A stretch of DNA of 64,000 nt from Candidatus Poribacteria bacterium (GTDB lineage: Bacteria > Poribacteria > WGA-4E > JAJDTR01): positions 1,664,001 through 1,728,000 of the forward strand of contig CBDCTK010000002.1 in NCBI GenBank assembly GCA_965222225.1. The letters are read 5' to 3'. A program made the position numbers and the translations under genes. Positions 40,937-52,322 of this stretch are shown here, in pieces. The notes beneath the pieces are model-generated. The model was not told the DNA's origin. It worked only from the letters and a program-made list of their open reading frames with translations, and ran no database searches. How positions within the stretch are numbered: the stretch's first letter is position 1; each line of letters begins with the position of its first letter.

Positions 40937-41737
40937 TCAGGTTTTACGGATCTCAATTACATCGTCGCACTTCAGTCCGAGAACTTGCGCGGCGCTTCCA
41001 TGGTTGACCGAAATCTCTAAGTAACCGGAACTTCCAATAATTGCCAGGCACTTGCCTTTCTCAGACTCGGCATAGGCGCAATTGAGCTGATAGATCTCAG
41101 CCTTTCCAGCCCTGATTACAAAACCGCTATCCATTCCAAATGACTCAAGCATATCGAGCGTAACATTCGTAATCAGGTTCCCGAAGCGATCGGCCCAGAT
41201 TACGCTTCCGACAATCGTCGTCGTCTTCACTTGAGGCGTGGGGATGGGCAATCGCACCAAGTTGTTTGCCGCATTCCCAAATTGACTGAGCGAAATCCCA
41301 CATGACAAGTGGGCTGCCACGGGAGCGAAAATATCCCTGCCGTGAAATGTATTGCTAATCTCAGAAAGCCAGTATGCAGCGTTGTCCAGTGCGACAACGC
41401 GACGTGCACTACTGTCGCCGAGGACGTGACTCAAGACGCCGTTGTCGGGACAGACGAAATACGCCGTGTCTGTTTGACAGACGATTCCTCGGCGACAGCT
41501 TCCCACTCCCGGATCAACCACCACAACATGAATAGCTCCGGCTGGGAAATCGCGATACGCGGAATTAATGAGGAATGCGGCACCGTGAATATCCTGTGGC
41601 GGAACAGCGTGCGTGATGTCCACAATCCGGGCTTGCGGACTTATATTGAGAATCACGCCTTTCATGACACCGACGAAGTGATCTCTCGTTCCAAAATCGG
41701 TCATCAATGTAATGACGCCACATGGATTGAGATGCAT
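40937..41737 (-). CDS. SAM hydroxide adenosyltransferase (DUF62; fluorinase/chlorinase superfamily)
   Basis: TDFG, VVDPGVGS.R, PDNG, TFHGRDIFAP, DRFGN. Confidence 0.9.
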   Translation of the reverse strand: MHLNPCGVITLMTDFGTRDHFVGVMKGVILNISPQARIVDITHAVPPQDIHGAAFLINSAYRDFPAGAIHVVVVDPGVGSCRRGIVCQTDTAYFVCPDNGVLSHVLGDSSARRVVALDNAAYWLSEISNTFHGRDIFAPVAAHLSCGISLSQFGNAANNLVRLPIPTPQVKTTTIVGSVIWADRFGNLITNVTLDMLESFGMDSGFVIRAGKAEIYQLNCAYAESEKGKCLAIIGSSGYLEISVNHGSAAQVLGLKCDDVIEIRKT

Positions 41738-42191
41738 TGTAAATCACTCCGTAAGTTCGATTTTCCGCAGTTTGGACTACGCAGAAAGTTTACCAAAAAG
41801 GGCGGTTTTAGGCAAGGCGAAATATTCGCTTGCACGACTGCGTCCGCTGCGCTATAATATTTCTGTATCATCTGCGAATTCACGCTATATTATAAGGTAT
41901 TTCGGATGTATTACCGAACTGAGCCAGATTCTCACCGTAGGTTACGATGTCTTCTTAGTGGCAAACGACAAAGGCAGCATGTATTCAACAATTACCGACT
42001 ATTCGGAATGCGCGTCGTCATTTTTATAAACGCCCATGCTTTACAGAACAGAAATGGACAAGAGCACCTACACCCATAGTATTTTCCATCTAAAACCACG
42101 CTATCCGCGCTTACGAAAAAATATACCGAAGTCCATGCAATGAATAATATCAGTTTCAGCAACAATTAGAGAGGGTTCTCACGAGGTAGTA

Positions 42192-43328
42192 ATGCAAAAA
42201 TATTTACCAATAACAGACTCAAGCCTTCACCCTATTCATGACAAAGTAGTAGCCGGAGAGCGTCTCTCGTTTGAGGACGGTATCACGCTCTCTGAGAGCC
42301 CCGACATAACAGGTGTCGGGTATCTCGCCAACATCGTGCGGGAACGCCAGAACGGGAGCTTTGCCTACTATAACATCAACCAACACATTGACTACTCAAA
42401 CGTGTGTATCCTGCACGCGCGATGTCATTTCTGCGCTTTTGCGCGGAAGGATATGAAAACGGAAGGTGCGTGGGAAATGAGCGTTGATGAGTTCTTAGAT
42501 AAGGCGATGTATTCGATCGATCACGGCTGTACGGAGATTCACAGTGTCGGCGGCCTGCACCCGAAGCTACCGTTCGAATATTATCTTGATATGCTTCGCG
42601 GACTTAAGGAACGCATGCCGCAAGTCCATCTAAAATTCTTCACGGCTGTGGAAATTGACCACTTTTCTCGCATATTCAAAATGTCGATTAAGGAGGTGTT
42701 AACCGCATTGCGCGAAGCCGGGCTAGACTCATTGCCTGGGGGTGGAGCAGAAATCTTCGCCGAAGAAACGCGAGACAAAATCTGCCCCGGCAAGCTCAGT
42801 ACGGAGGGGTGGCTTGATGTACATCAACAAGCACACGAACTCGGTATTTCTACCAATGCGACAATGCTTTATGGTCACCTTGAAACAAGCGAAGATCGGG
42901 TCGATCACCTGATTCGTTTGCGCGAACAGCAAGACAAGTCGGATGGCTTCGTCACCTTTATCCCGCTTGCATTTCACCCTGAAAACACGCGAATGGATTA
43001 CCTGCCAAGCCCATCGGGCTTAACGGATCTTCGGAATGTCGCACTATCCCGTTTGATGCTAGATAATTTTCCACATATTAAAGTCTACTGGATAATGACC
43101 GGTTTGAACGTGGCGCAGACAGCGTTGAGTTTCGGTGCTGATGATATAGATGGAACGGTGACGGAAGAAAAGATTACCCATATGGCTGGCGCGACGACCC
43201 CGGAAATTGTGGGTGTTGATGAGATAACTCGCCTAATTCGAGAAGCTGGCAGAACCCCGATCGAACGTGACACACTCTACAACGAAATAATCCGAGAGGG
43301 AAATCAATGGTACAGAAAAGCCGCGTAA
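42192..43328 (+). CDS. mqnE: Aminofutalosine synthase (radical SAM)
   Basis: C...CHFCAF, VGGLHP, PGGGAEIF, ATMLYGH, HIKVYW, IERDTLY; adjacent to mqnA. Confidence 0.88.
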   Translation: MQKYLPITDSSLHPIHDKVVAGERLSFEDGITLSESPDITGVGYLANIVRERQNGSFAYYNINQHIDYSNVCILHARCHFCAFARKDMKTEGAWEMSVDEFLDKAMYSIDHGCTEIHSVGGLHPKLPFEYYLDMLRGLKERMPQVHLKFFTAVEIDHFSRIFKMSIKEVLTALREAGLDSLPGGGAEIFAEETRDKICPGKLSTEGWLDVHQQAHELGISTNATMLYGHLETSEDRVDHLIRLREQQDKSDGFVTFIPLAFHPENTRMDYLPSPSGLTDLRNVALSRLMLDNFPHIKVYWIMTGLNVAQTALSFGADDIDGTVTEEKITHMAGATTPEIVGVDEITRLIREAGRTPIERDTLYNEIIREGNQWYRKAA

Positions 43329-44128
43329 GAATCGGCGCGGTTTCATTTCTGAACACCAAGCCTCTCATCTACAGCCTATTACATTCCACCTCGCTAAATG
43401 AGGAGATTGAACTTAGTGTTCATGTGCCGAGCCGTTTAGCAGAACTTCTGAAAACCGGCAGCGTTGATGTCGGATTGATCCCGATTATCGAGTATTTTCG
43501 TGCGGATGGGCCGGCAAATTTTCCTCCATACCGCATAATCCCCCATATTTCTATCTCGTCGCACGGTGCTGTACGTAGCATACAACTCTTTAGTCGGGTG
43601 CCGATTCCACAGATCCAGAGTGTTGGGTTGGACACTAGTTCGCGTTCCTCACATGCGCTCCTCCGAATTGTGTTTGCTGAGAAGTATGGGCTCCATCCGA
43701 CGTTTTCTGCGTCGCCACCGTCCATTGAGATGCAATCAGCCGAAACCGATGCAGTTCTCCGCATCGGGGATGCCGCATTGAGGCGACTTGGTTCTACGCC
43801 CTATTCCTTAGATCTCGGCGCGGAGTGGGACGAGTTGACGGGATTGCCCTTTGTTTATGCCTGCTGGGTTGCTAGAGGGGGTATTGATATCGGAAGGGTG
43901 CCCCACATATTACAGGAGGCAAAGGAAATTAGTGTTAAACAAATACCCGAGATTGCACGGGTTGAAGCTGAAGCTTTGGGTTTGCCGGAAGCGATGTGCA
44001 GCGACTATTTGACAAACCGTATCTTCTACGATCTCGGCGATTCGGAAATTGCCGGAATGAACCGGTTTTATGAGCTCGCCCAGAAGCACAATTTGGCACC
44101 TCCGGGAGTTTCGTTGAGATTTACATAA
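43307..44128 (+). CDS. mqnA: Chorismate dehydratase (futalosine pathway)
   Basis: VSFLNTKPL, SRSS, IGDAAL, DLG.EW..LTGLPFVYA.W. Confidence 0.9.
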   Translation: MVQKSRVRIGAVSFLNTKPLIYSLLHSTSLNEEIELSVHVPSRLAELLKTGSVDVGLIPIIEYFRADGPANFPPYRIIPHISISSHGAVRSIQLFSRVPIPQIQSVGLDTSSRSSHALLRIVFAEKYGLHPTFSASPPSIEMQSAETDAVLRIGDAALRRLGSTPYSLDLGAEWDELTGLPFVYACWVARGGIDIGRVPHILQEAKEISVKQIPEIARVEAEALGLPEAMCSDYLTNRIFYDLGDSEIAGMNRFYELAQKHNLAPPGVSLRFT

Positions 44129-44282
44129 CGTATACTTACGCCGAGATTCGTCGCCGGTCGTTACTTATCAAGTTCGTAGTCGACCAATCCACTGATCGTC
44201 CCAATTGTTTTACAACCCAGTTAGCCTCCAAACGGATACCGAATAAATTTCGCTACTATAATTCAAGCATGGGAGGGATTTC

Positions 44283-46301
44283 ATGGCGTCCAAGATAGAC
44301 ATCGCGTTCGAAGAGATTCTAGATTCCCGAGAACCGGGAATCTACGACCTCCAAACGAACGCTCCCGGTCCCGAAGGCAGCCTACCGCTTGCAGAAGAGA
44401 TGCTCCTGAATTGGCCTAGTGGTGACATCTTTGCAATGACCCAAAACGCCGGCATGGGTTGGGCACCTGCCGAACTGAACCGAAAACAATTTCTCCTGTT
44501 GAGCACTCAAGGTGGAATTCGCGCTCCCGATGGTACACCGATTGCGCTTGGTTACCACACGGGACATTGGGAAATAGGTTTGCTGATGCAGGAAGCGGCG
44601 CATGAGTTCAAGGCGCTTGGCGCAATTCCGTTCGCAGGTTACTGCTCAGACCCCTGTGATGGGCGCACTCAAGGTACAGTCGGGATGATGGATAGTCTCG
44701 CCTATCGCAACGATGCCGCCCAAGTTTTACGGCGTCTTATCCGTTCGCTCCCGACACGCAAAGGGGTAATAGGCGTTGCGACCTGCGACAAAGGACTGCC
44801 GGCAATGATGCTGGCATTGGCAGGGACGCCAGATTTGCCATGTGTGCTAATTCCCGGTGGCGTTACTCTACCGCCGACCGAAGGTGAGGATGCGGGAAAA
44901 ATTCAGACCATCGGCGTACGTTTCGCGCACGGTGAAATCTCTCTGCAAGACGCCGCCGACCTCGGGTGCAAAGCGTGCGGGAGCCCGGGCGGCGGATGTC
45001 AATTTTTGGGCACAGCCGCCACATCACAGGTTGTCGCCGAGGCGTTTGGGATGACGCTGCCCCACGCCGCACTCGCGCCCTCCGGACAGGAGATTTGGCT
45101 AGACATGGCGAAACGGTCAGCACGCGCTCTTGTAAATTTGGAATCAAAGGGTATCACGATGCAGGAGATTTTGACACCCGAAGCGATTCGCAACGGGATG
45201 GTGCTTCACGCCGCTTTTGGTGGTTCGACCAATCTACTGCTGCACATCCCTGCAACAGCTCATGCCGCCGGACTGGACCGACCGATTGTCGAAGATTGGA
45301 TTGAGATTAATCGCGAGGTGCCTCGCCTCGTCGATGTACTTCCCAATGGTCCGGTTGGACATCCAACCGTGCAGGTCTTTCTAGCGGGCGGTGTACCTGA
45401 GGTCATGCTGCATTTGAGAGAATTGGGGGTGTTGAATGAAGAGGTCATGACGGCAACCGGTGAGACACTTGGTAACAACCTTGACTGGTGGGAAAAATCG
45501 GAACGACGTCAGCAATTGCGCAACCTGCTTCTTGAGAGCGACGGAGTGCAGCCTGATGACGTAATCATGAGTCCCGGCGTCGCGAAGGCGCGCGGATTGA
45601 CGAACACCGTCACATTCCCGCGAGGTAACCTTGCCCCCGAAGGTTCAGTAATAAAAAGCACCGCTATTGACCCAAGCGTGGTCGATCCCGACGGTGTTTA
45701 TCGAATGACTGGGCCGGCACGCGTATTTGTGCGCGAACAGGATGCGATACGCGCTATCAAGAGCCACGACGAAAATCGAATTCGACCTGGTGATGTAATG
45801 GTGCTCTGTTGCCGTGGGCCTATGGGTACAGGCATGGAAGAAGTTTACCAGATAACTGCCGCCCTTAAACATCTATCCTTTGGAAAGAAAGTCTCTCTAA
45901 TCACCGACGCGCGGTTTTCGGGTGTATCCACTGGTGCATGTATTGGTCACGTCGGTCCAGAAGCCTTGGCAGGAGGGCCCATCGGCAAGGTTGTCGACGG
46001 AGACTTGATTCAGATTGCGGTCGATTGTAACCGGCTTGAGGGCAGTATCGACTTAGTTGGCTACGGAGAGGATATTTTTGGCCCCGACGCCGGCTCGAAG
46101 GTTCTAGCAGAGCGTTCCCCACGTTCCGACCTTGCGGCGGACGAAATGATCCCCGACGATACGCGTCTTTGGGCGGCACTTCAATCTGTTGGCGGCGGAA
46201 CCTGGGGCGGATGCGTCTATGATGTCAACTCAATCATCGAGATGCTGGAAACCGGCCGGGCAACATTACAAGAATCAGGCAACGCATCCCGGGCCGATTG
46301 A
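44283..46301 (+). CDS. YjhG/YagF-family D-xylonate dehydratase (IlvD/Edd family)
   Basis: [39 protein letters not shown]. Confidence 0.9.
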   Translation: MASKIDIAFEEILDSREPGIYDLQTNAPGPEGSLPLAEEMLLNWPSGDIFAMTQNAGMGWAPAELNRKQFLLLSTQGGIRAPDGTPIALGYHTGHWEIGLLMQEAAHEFKALGAIPFAGYCSDPCDGRTQGTVGMMDSLAYRNDAAQVLRRLIRSLPTRKGVIGVATCDKGLPAMMLALAGTPDLPCVLIPGGVTLPPTEGEDAGKIQTIGVRFAHGEISLQDAADLGCKACGSPGGGCQFLGTAATSQVVAEAFGMTLPHAALAPSGQEIWLDMAKRSARALVNLESKGITMQEILTPEAIRNGMVLHAAFGGSTNLLLHIPATAHAAGLDRPIVEDWIEINREVPRLVDVLPNGPVGHPTVQVFLAGGVPEVMLHLRELGVLNEEVMTATGETLGNNLDWWEKSERRQQLRNLLLESDGVQPDDVIMSPGVAKARGLTNTVTFPRGNLAPEGSVIKSTAIDPSVVDPDGVYRMTGPARVFVREQDAIRAIKSHDENRIRPGDVMVLCCRGPMGTGMEEVYQITAALKHLSFGKKVSLITDARFSGVSTGACIGHVGPEALAGGPIGKVVDGDLIQIAVDCNRLEGSIDLVGYGEDIFGPDAGSKVLAERSPRSDLAADEMIPDDTRLWAALQSVGGGTWGGCVYDVNSIIEMLETGRATLQESGNASRAD

Positions 46302-46377
46302 AAGGATAAGGATTACTATCAACACCAATTCTTCCGCGTTAGGAAGTGAAAGCGCATCAGTTCAAGAGGAATGGATT

Positions 46378-46764
46378 TTGCGATTTATTAGATATTGGCT
46401 ACCACTCCTGATTTACATGGGACTCATCTTTTATCTCTCTTCGCTGTCCCAACCGCCCGAAACATTAATGGAGGTTATTGCCTGGGGGCCAATCGATAAG
46501 GTGTTCCATCTTGTTGAATACACCGTATTGGGAGTTTTGTTGGCACGCGCATTGTCGTACTCTTTGCGGCGAATACTTCCAACCTCTGCTTGGATCATTG
46601 CCTTTGCAATTGCCGTTCTGTTCGGAGTGAGCGACGAATGGCACCAATCATTCGTGTTAGGTCGCCACTCTACTGTCTCTGATTTGATTGTCGATATCAT
46701 TGGCAGCGCGCTCGGTGTGGGCATCGTATATTTACGAGTCAAGAGGAAGGAATCGCGGGACTAA
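46378..46764 (+). CDS. VanZ-family membrane protein
   Basis: DKVFH..EY, SDEWHQSFV.GR...D; probable TTG start after GAGGA. Confidence 0.85.
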   Translation: MRFIRYWLPLLIYMGLIFYLSSLSQPPETLMEVIAWGPIDKVFHLVEYTVLGVLLARALSYSLRRILPTSAWIIAFAIAVLFGVSDEWHQSFVLGRHSTVSDLIVDIIGSALGVGIVYLRVKRKESRD

Positions 46765-46965
46765 GACTAAGATCGCCTTTGTACATCTAAGCAGTATAAC
46801 AGACGGTGTTAATCAAGCGTTGAAGAAACGTGGAAGAGATTTTAGCCATCTGGTCTTTTTGGTTGACCATTGAAAAAGTTTCAGCGATTCCTAATGCTAT
46901 TTAGCCTGTCGGGATCTCTATCGCACTCGCTATTCGCTCGCTTGATCCCCTCTGGGGCTTTCAAA

Positions 46966-46990
46966 GGCTGGTGCGCAGTGCGCACCCTAC
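46966..46990. repeat. REP-like palindrome GGTGCGCAGTGCGCACCCTAC
   Basis: Identical copy at ~16601-16625; GTAG-terminated palindrome. Confidence 0.7.
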
Positions 46991-47033
46991 AAGATGGCAA
47001 TTCAGAATTGTACTTTTGTACAAAGTCGAGCTA

Positions 47034-47297
47034 AGAACCTGTTTGAATTACGGCGTTTGGCAATCTTGGACGATTTCATACTTTTCATACCAAATGAGGG
47101 TTCTCAGTAGGAGCTCAGTAGGAGCGTAGAAAGGGTTGAACCCCTTGCTATGACTAGCTTATCGGCAGTGTTGACATTCATACCATTTAGCTATTGGTAT
47201 GAAATTTTGGTATGAAACGGGGTTGCCGCCCAAAACAATTTCAAGCCTAAGATTGACCCTTCTTTCATCGGAGAAAATGAATTATCAAACGGGTTCT
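47034..47297. mobile_element. MITE-like non-autonomous element (264 bp)
   Basis: TIRs AGAACCTGTTTGA / TCAAACGGGTTCT flanked by TA on both sides; no ORF. Confidence 0.7.
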
Positions 47298-47449
47298 TAC
47301 GCATTACGTTTCACGCATTAATCCTTCCTAATTCTCCATCCGCAAATCTCCTTGCACAGCAGCCTATATACCATATGTTATATTGTATTTGACAACCACA
47401 CGATGGGCATGGCATAATATAATACGCTGTACTTATACTTGCACGAATC

Positions 47450-50400
47450 GTGGACAACATGTCATCTATTCCGACAACCGAATCTCGCCTAAAAATCAAG
47501 AATCTCCGCGAGATCAGAAGCATGACGCAAACCCAATTCGCGGAACTCGTCGGTGTCTCTTTCGCCACCGTCAACCGCTGGGAGAATGGTCAGTCTCGCC
47601 CCAACAACTTGGCATGGAAGCGCATCCTCGAGTTGGCAGAGTCCGGCGACGGGCGTCAAGAGGTTCAATCCGTACCCGACGAAGCGCCAAGCATGGACTT
47701 CGCCGCCGACTCGAACGCCGTCTCGGCAGTCGCGGAGGCGCACCGTCTCGCCTATGGCCATCTCTTCAATCCGGCATTCGCCACGGAAACCTCGCTGATC
47801 GACCCGCTCCCGCATCAGCGCATCGCCGTGTACGAGCAGATGCTGGGACAGACGCCGCTGCGCTTTCTATTGGCGGATGACGCGGGCGCCGGCAAAACTA
47901 TCATGGCAGGGCTTTACGTCCGCGAAATGTTGTCCCGCCGACTCATCCGCCGCATACTCATCGTTCCGCCCGCCGGTCTCTTGGGCAACTGGGAACAGGA
48001 GATGCGAAAACTGTTCCGCCTGTCGTTCCGCATTGTCAGGGGCGAGGATGCGCGAACCGGAAATCCCTTCAGCGGTCCCGAGAGCGATCGGGTCATCGTC
48101 AGCGTGGACACCTTGGTGACGGAACGCGTGTTCAACCGCCTTAAAGACCCCCAAACCAATCCCTACGACCTTGTCGTCTTTGACGAGGCGCACAAGCTGT
48201 CCGCAGTCCGTCAACCGGATTACCGAATCCGCAAAACGAACCGGTACAGGCTGGCGGAAGCTATCGCCGGCGCCGAGGTAGACGGTGAGGATTGGGAACT
48301 GCCTTGGTCAGCCCGACACCTGCTTCTGCTGACAGCCACCCCGCACATGGGAAAGGATTCCCCCTACTACTTCCTATGGCGTCTATTGCTGCCGGAGACG
48401 CTTTCAACCCACGACGCCTTCGATAGGTTTCCTCGTGAATCTCGCCAGCGGCACTTCATCCGCCGCACGAAGGAGGAGATGCTCCATTTTAACGGGAAAC
48501 CCCTGTACCCGCAGCGAAACTGCGACACGCTCAGCTACAATCTCTCGGATGGCGCAGGCAGTGAACAGGAACTCTACGACGAGACGACGGAATACATTCG
48601 CGACTATTACAACCGCGCGGGAGTCTTGAACCAATCAGCCGCCCGTCTTGCGATGGGCGTCTTCCAGCGACGCCTCGCCAGTTCGACTTATGCCCTCATG
48701 CGATCATTCGAGCGGCGCATAGATAAACTCGACGGGTTGATTGAGAACCTCCAAAACGGACATCTCAGCGAGGCACAATTCGTCAGTCAGCAACAGCGAT
48801 TCGACAAGCTTGACGACCTTTTCGAATCGTCGACCGCCGATGAGACCGAGGATGAGCACGAAGCATATGAAGACTACGCGCTTGAGGGCACCGTAGCCGT
48901 CAGTCTCGCCGAGCTAATCGTAGAAAGGCTTAAGGTGCAGGAATTGCTTAAAAAGTCACGGAAACTGTTGGATGCCGGGGAAGAATCCAAGTTTGAAAAA
49001 CTGCGTGAAGTCCTTCGAGATCCGGACTACAACGACGAGAAGTTTATCATCTTTACGGAGCACCGCGACACGGCAGACTTTCTAGTGCGTCGGCTCGAAG
49101 GCCTCGGATTCACCGATCAGGTTGCCCTCATCCACGGCGGGCTAGATTATCAAGAACGCGAGCGGCAGGTTGAGTTTTTCCGCCGATCGGCGATGGAAGG
49201 AGGGGCAAACTACCTCGTGGCGACCGACGCCGCAGGTGAGGGAATCAACCTCCAATTCTGCTGGTTGATGGTGAACTACGATATCCCGTGGAATCCGGCG
49301 CGGCTTGAGCAGCGCATGGGACGTATTCATCGCTACGGTCAAAAGCACGACCCCGTGGTGATTGTCAATCTCTTGGCGGGCGGCACGCGCGAAGGACGTG
49401 TACTGAAAACGTTGCTGGAAAAGCTGGAGGTTATTCGGGAACAACTTCAATCCGACAAGGTGTTCGACGTGGTGGGGCGTCTGTTCGAGGAAGTGTCTAT
49501 GACGGACTATCTGCGGCAGGCGCTCACCGACGATGCCGAGGCTGTCGCCCGACAGTTGGAGGGCAATCTCACGGAGAATCAGGTTCTGGCGCTCGAGCAC
49601 AAAGAACGCGTCCTGTACGGCGAGGGCGGCGACGTGCGCCAGCGGCTCCCGCAACTCAACGAGGAAACGGATCAGGAAACCTATCGTCAACTGATCCCCG
49701 GATACGTGCGCCGTTTTGTGGAACGAGCCGCGCCGCTGCTCGACCTGCATATTGAGGAAGATTCGGAAACCACCTTCAGTTTGATGCCCAACCGACCGCG
49801 CGCGGCAGACCCCCTGCTCTCCTCACTTGAGCGATATTCCGAGGGCGCACGCGAGTTCCTAACGGTTTACAAACCGACGAGCCGAGACGATGCCGTCTGG
49901 ATGCACCCCGGCGAGCCGGTGTTCGATTGTCTCTCGGACGCAATCCTGGAGCGGTTCGGGCGTGCCGGACGACAGGGCGCCGTGTTTACCGATCCCTATG
50001 CAACCGAGGCGTATCTATTCCACATCGCGCGGGTTTCCGTCGAACAGCGCGGCAAAGAGGAGACGACCGATTTGTTTGATGACCGCACCGAGCGTGAAAA
50101 TGCGCCCAAGCCCATAGAATCACGCTTGGTCGGGCTGCGCCAATCGGGCGACGGCAGCCTAACCGAGATTCCGGTGGAACACCTTCTGCTGCTCAGGGGG
50201 GCGGACGGTTTCGCGCCGAGCCGCGTCCCCCTCGCTACGTTGGCTCGCGGTATGGTCGCCGACGCCATGGCGTTTGCCCGTGAGGAGATAGGCGAGCGGA
50301 TAGCGCAACTTCATCGACAGGGACGATTCGACGATCTGCCCTCGCGGGCGGAATCCGTCAACCGAGGTTTCGATTTTCAGGCTGCCGAACTTGCCGCTGC

Positions 50401-51031
50401 CCGCGCGCGCCTCAACCAACGGACGCGCGACGGCGATCGGGACGCGGGGGCGGAACTTGGCGTGGTCAAGGATCGCCAGCGCCGCTTGACCGCCTCCCGA
50501 AATCGGAGCCTCGCCGAACTGCAAGCCGAACCGGAGTGCATTCGGGTCAGGGAAGTCGCGATGTTGGTGCACGCCCTCGTGGTACCGGTTCAGGACACGG
50601 AGGAGCTTGAGCGTTACGATGCTGATGTTGAAACCATCGCCGTGGAGGTTGCCACCGGATACGAAGCGAACTTCGGCGCCGAGGTAACGGATGTCTCAAA
50701 GCCCGAACTCGCCCGCCGTGCCGGGTTGACGGATTGGCCCGGTTTCGATCTCAAGTCGCGCCATCCTGCGGACGCCGACGGACACACCGAGGAACGCGCC
50801 ATCGAGGTCAAGGGGCGCGCCGGTTCCGGGAATATTGAAATGACCGAGAATGAATGGGCGCGCGCCTGCAACCTGCGGGACGACTACTGGCTCTACGTCG
50901 TCTTCGACTGCGCCACGCCGCGACCGCGCCTCGTGCGCGTGTGTGACCCGTTTGCCAAACTCCTCGTCCGCAGCCGCGAAGTGTCCGCCATCACTATCAA
51001 ATCGGGAGCTATTATTGAGGCAGCCGAATAA
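47450..51031 (+). CDS. XRE-HTH + SNF2 helicase + C-terminal DUF3883-like nuclease
   Basis: TQTQFAELVGVSFATVNRWENG; LADDAGAGKT, DEAH, TATPH, QRMGRIHR; GFDL.S...IEVKG. Confidence 0.9.
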   Translation: MDNMSSIPTTESRLKIKNLREIRSMTQTQFAELVGVSFATVNRWENGQSRPNNLAWKRILELAESGDGRQEVQSVPDEAPSMDFAADSNAVSAVAEAHRLAYGHLFNPAFATETSLIDPLPHQRIAVYEQMLGQTPLRFLLADDAGAGKTIMAGLYVREMLSRRLIRRILIVPPAGLLGNWEQEMRKLFRLSFRIVRGEDARTGNPFSGPESDRVIVSVDTLVTERVFNRLKDPQTNPYDLVVFDEAHKLSAVRQPDYRIRKTNRYRLAEAIAGAEVDGEDWELPWSARHLLLLTATPHMGKDSPYYFLWRLLLPETLSTHDAFDRFPRESRQRHFIRRTKEEMLHFNGKPLYPQRNCDTLSYNLSDGAGSEQELYDETTEYIRDYYNRAGVLNQSAARLAMGVFQRRLASSTYALMRSFERRIDKLDGLIENLQNGHLSEAQFVSQQQRFDKLDDLFESSTADETEDEHEAYEDYALEGTVAVSLAELIVERLKVQELLKKSRKLLDAGEESKFEKLREVLRDPDYNDEKFIIFTEHRDTADFLVRRLEGLGFTDQVALIHGGLDYQERERQVEFFRRSAMEGGANYLVATDAAGEGINLQFCWLMVNYDIPWNPARLEQRMGRIHRYGQKHDPVVIVNLLAGGTREGRVLKTLLEKLEVIREQLQSDKVFDVVGRLFEEVSMTDYLRQALTDDAEAVARQLEGNLTENQVLALEHKERVLYGEGGDVRQRLPQLNEETDQETYRQLIPGYVRRFVERAAPLLDLHIEEDSETTFSLMPNRPRAADPLLSSLERYSEGAREFLTVYKPTSRDDAVWMHPGEPVFDCLSDAILERFGRAGRQGAVFTDPYATEAYLFHIARVSVEQRGKEETTDLFDDRTERENAPKPIESRLVGLRQSGDGSLTEIPVEHLLLLRGADGFAPSRVPLATLARGMVADAMAFAREEIGERIAQLHRQGRFDDLPSRAESVNRGFDFQAAELAAARARLNQRTRDGDRDAGAELGVVKDRQRRLTASRNRSLAELQAEPECIRVREVAMLVHALVVPVQDTEELERYDADVETIAVEVATGYEANFGAEVTDVSKPELARRAGLTDWPGFDLKSRHPADADGHTEERAIEVKGRAGSGNIEMTENEWARACNLRDDYWLYVVFDCATPRPRLVRVCDPFAKLLVRSREVSAITIKSGAIIEAAE

Positions 51032-51216
51032 CAGGGAAAGGAGACTGAGAAAGTGTTTAGTGGCTAGTGATTAGTGACTAGCAAAAACCTTAAAGTCACA
51101 AGACGTGGAATGAATTGCATTACTACGAAACTGCAAGCAGTGGTTAATGGCTGACAAGGGGCACCCGGAAGGCGTAACCTTTCAGACATATCGCGAAGGA
51201 TTACCTAAACCCGTAA

Positions 51217-51597
51217 GTGATTACCCGCAATCCCGCCGAGCCGGAAAGAACTTGGGAGGGCCTTTTTCGTGTCGATACGGGTTCGACGGATTGTCTCGTC
51301 CCTCGGCCGCATCTGGAATCCATCGGCCTCGCGCCCAAAGGACAGCGAGTCTACGGCTTGGCTGATGGTAGTGAGATCAGAATGGATATTACGGTAGCAG
51401 AGATTGAGTTCATGGGCGAAATTGTCGGCGGAACGATTCTATTCGGGGACACGGATGCGGAGCCGTTGCTTGGTCTCACTGCCTTGGAATTGGTCGGCAT
51501 TGAAGTTGACCCGCTCAACCAGCGATTGAAAAGGCTGCCCGCCGTGTGCCTAAAGCCTTTGGAAGGCGAGAATTGCTCACCGCTCTACGCCGTGTAG
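51217..51597 (+). CDS. Clan AA (retropepsin-like) aspartic protease, 5' end degenerate
   Basis: VDTGSTD, PLLG; paralogue of 52323-52721. Confidence 0.7.
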   Translation: MITRNPAEPERTWEGLFRVDTGSTDCLVPRPHLESIGLAPKGQRVYGLADGSEIRMDITVAEIEFMGEIVGGTILFGDTDAEPLLGLTALELVGIEVDPLNQRLKRLPAVCLKPLEGENCSPLYAV

Positions 51598-51760
51598 GAT
51601 CAACCGAACGCATAGTGAGGGCGATAGAGTTCCCGTAGCAATCCCCTGTGATTGTCCTATTATAGGAGGCAATAATCGCCGCCCGCCGTTTTGAGTTGTC
51701 TTACAATGGTGCGGTGGTGTATAGTGGAAAACAGAAAACATAATTCAGGAGGAAAACACG

Positions 51761-52294
51761 ATGGATGCGCTGATTGAGGGCTTTAAGATATTTGCTCCTA
51801 TTGTAGTGGCTATCGTTACAGTAATCGCTTTTGTGTGGAAAGTACCCAGCAAGAAAGACATGCAAAGGGGAGACGACGCTCTCCGAGCGTCGATGAACAA
51901 TCTCTCTGATAGAATTGACGCAAATTCCCGGACAACCCATGCGGAAATCTCTAAACTCAATGACAAGATGGACGCAAATTTTCACACAGTCTATGCAGAC
52001 ACCCGTAAACTCGTTGATAGAATTGACGCCAATTCTGATAAGATAGACGCAAATTTTCAGACAACTCATATGGAAATCTCTAAACTCAATGATAAGATGG
52101 ACGCCAACTTTCAGACGGTCTATGCAGATGTCCGTAAACTCAACGATAAGGTAGAATCTTATTCTCAGGCAACGCATGAGAGGATTGATAACGCATCTAC
52201 GGAACTCCGCGCGGAGATTAGAACGATGAATCAGAATTACATCGATCACTTGGCGCGACACGAAGAGCAGTCGCTTAAAGCGCGTGAAACTTAA
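51761..52294 (+). CDS. Membrane-anchored coiled-coil protein with internal repeat
   Basis: N-terminal TM; duplicated TTH.EISKLNDKMDANF.TVYAD.RKL; AGGAGG RBS. Confidence 0.75.
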   Translation: MDALIEGFKIFAPIVVAIVTVIAFVWKVPSKKDMQRGDDALRASMNNLSDRIDANSRTTHAEISKLNDKMDANFHTVYADTRKLVDRIDANSDKIDANFQTTHMEISKLNDKMDANFQTVYADVRKLNDKVESYSQATHERIDNASTELRAEIRTMNQNYIDHLARHEEQSLKARET

Positions 52295-52322
52295 GGCGAT
52301 TGAGTTGTGATGGAGTCCAAAA

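Noticed and set aside
40937-41737. Fluorinase/chlorinase (halogenation in a sponge symbiont)
   Set aside because: The TFHGRD His motif indicates the common SAM-hydrolase branch of DUF62.
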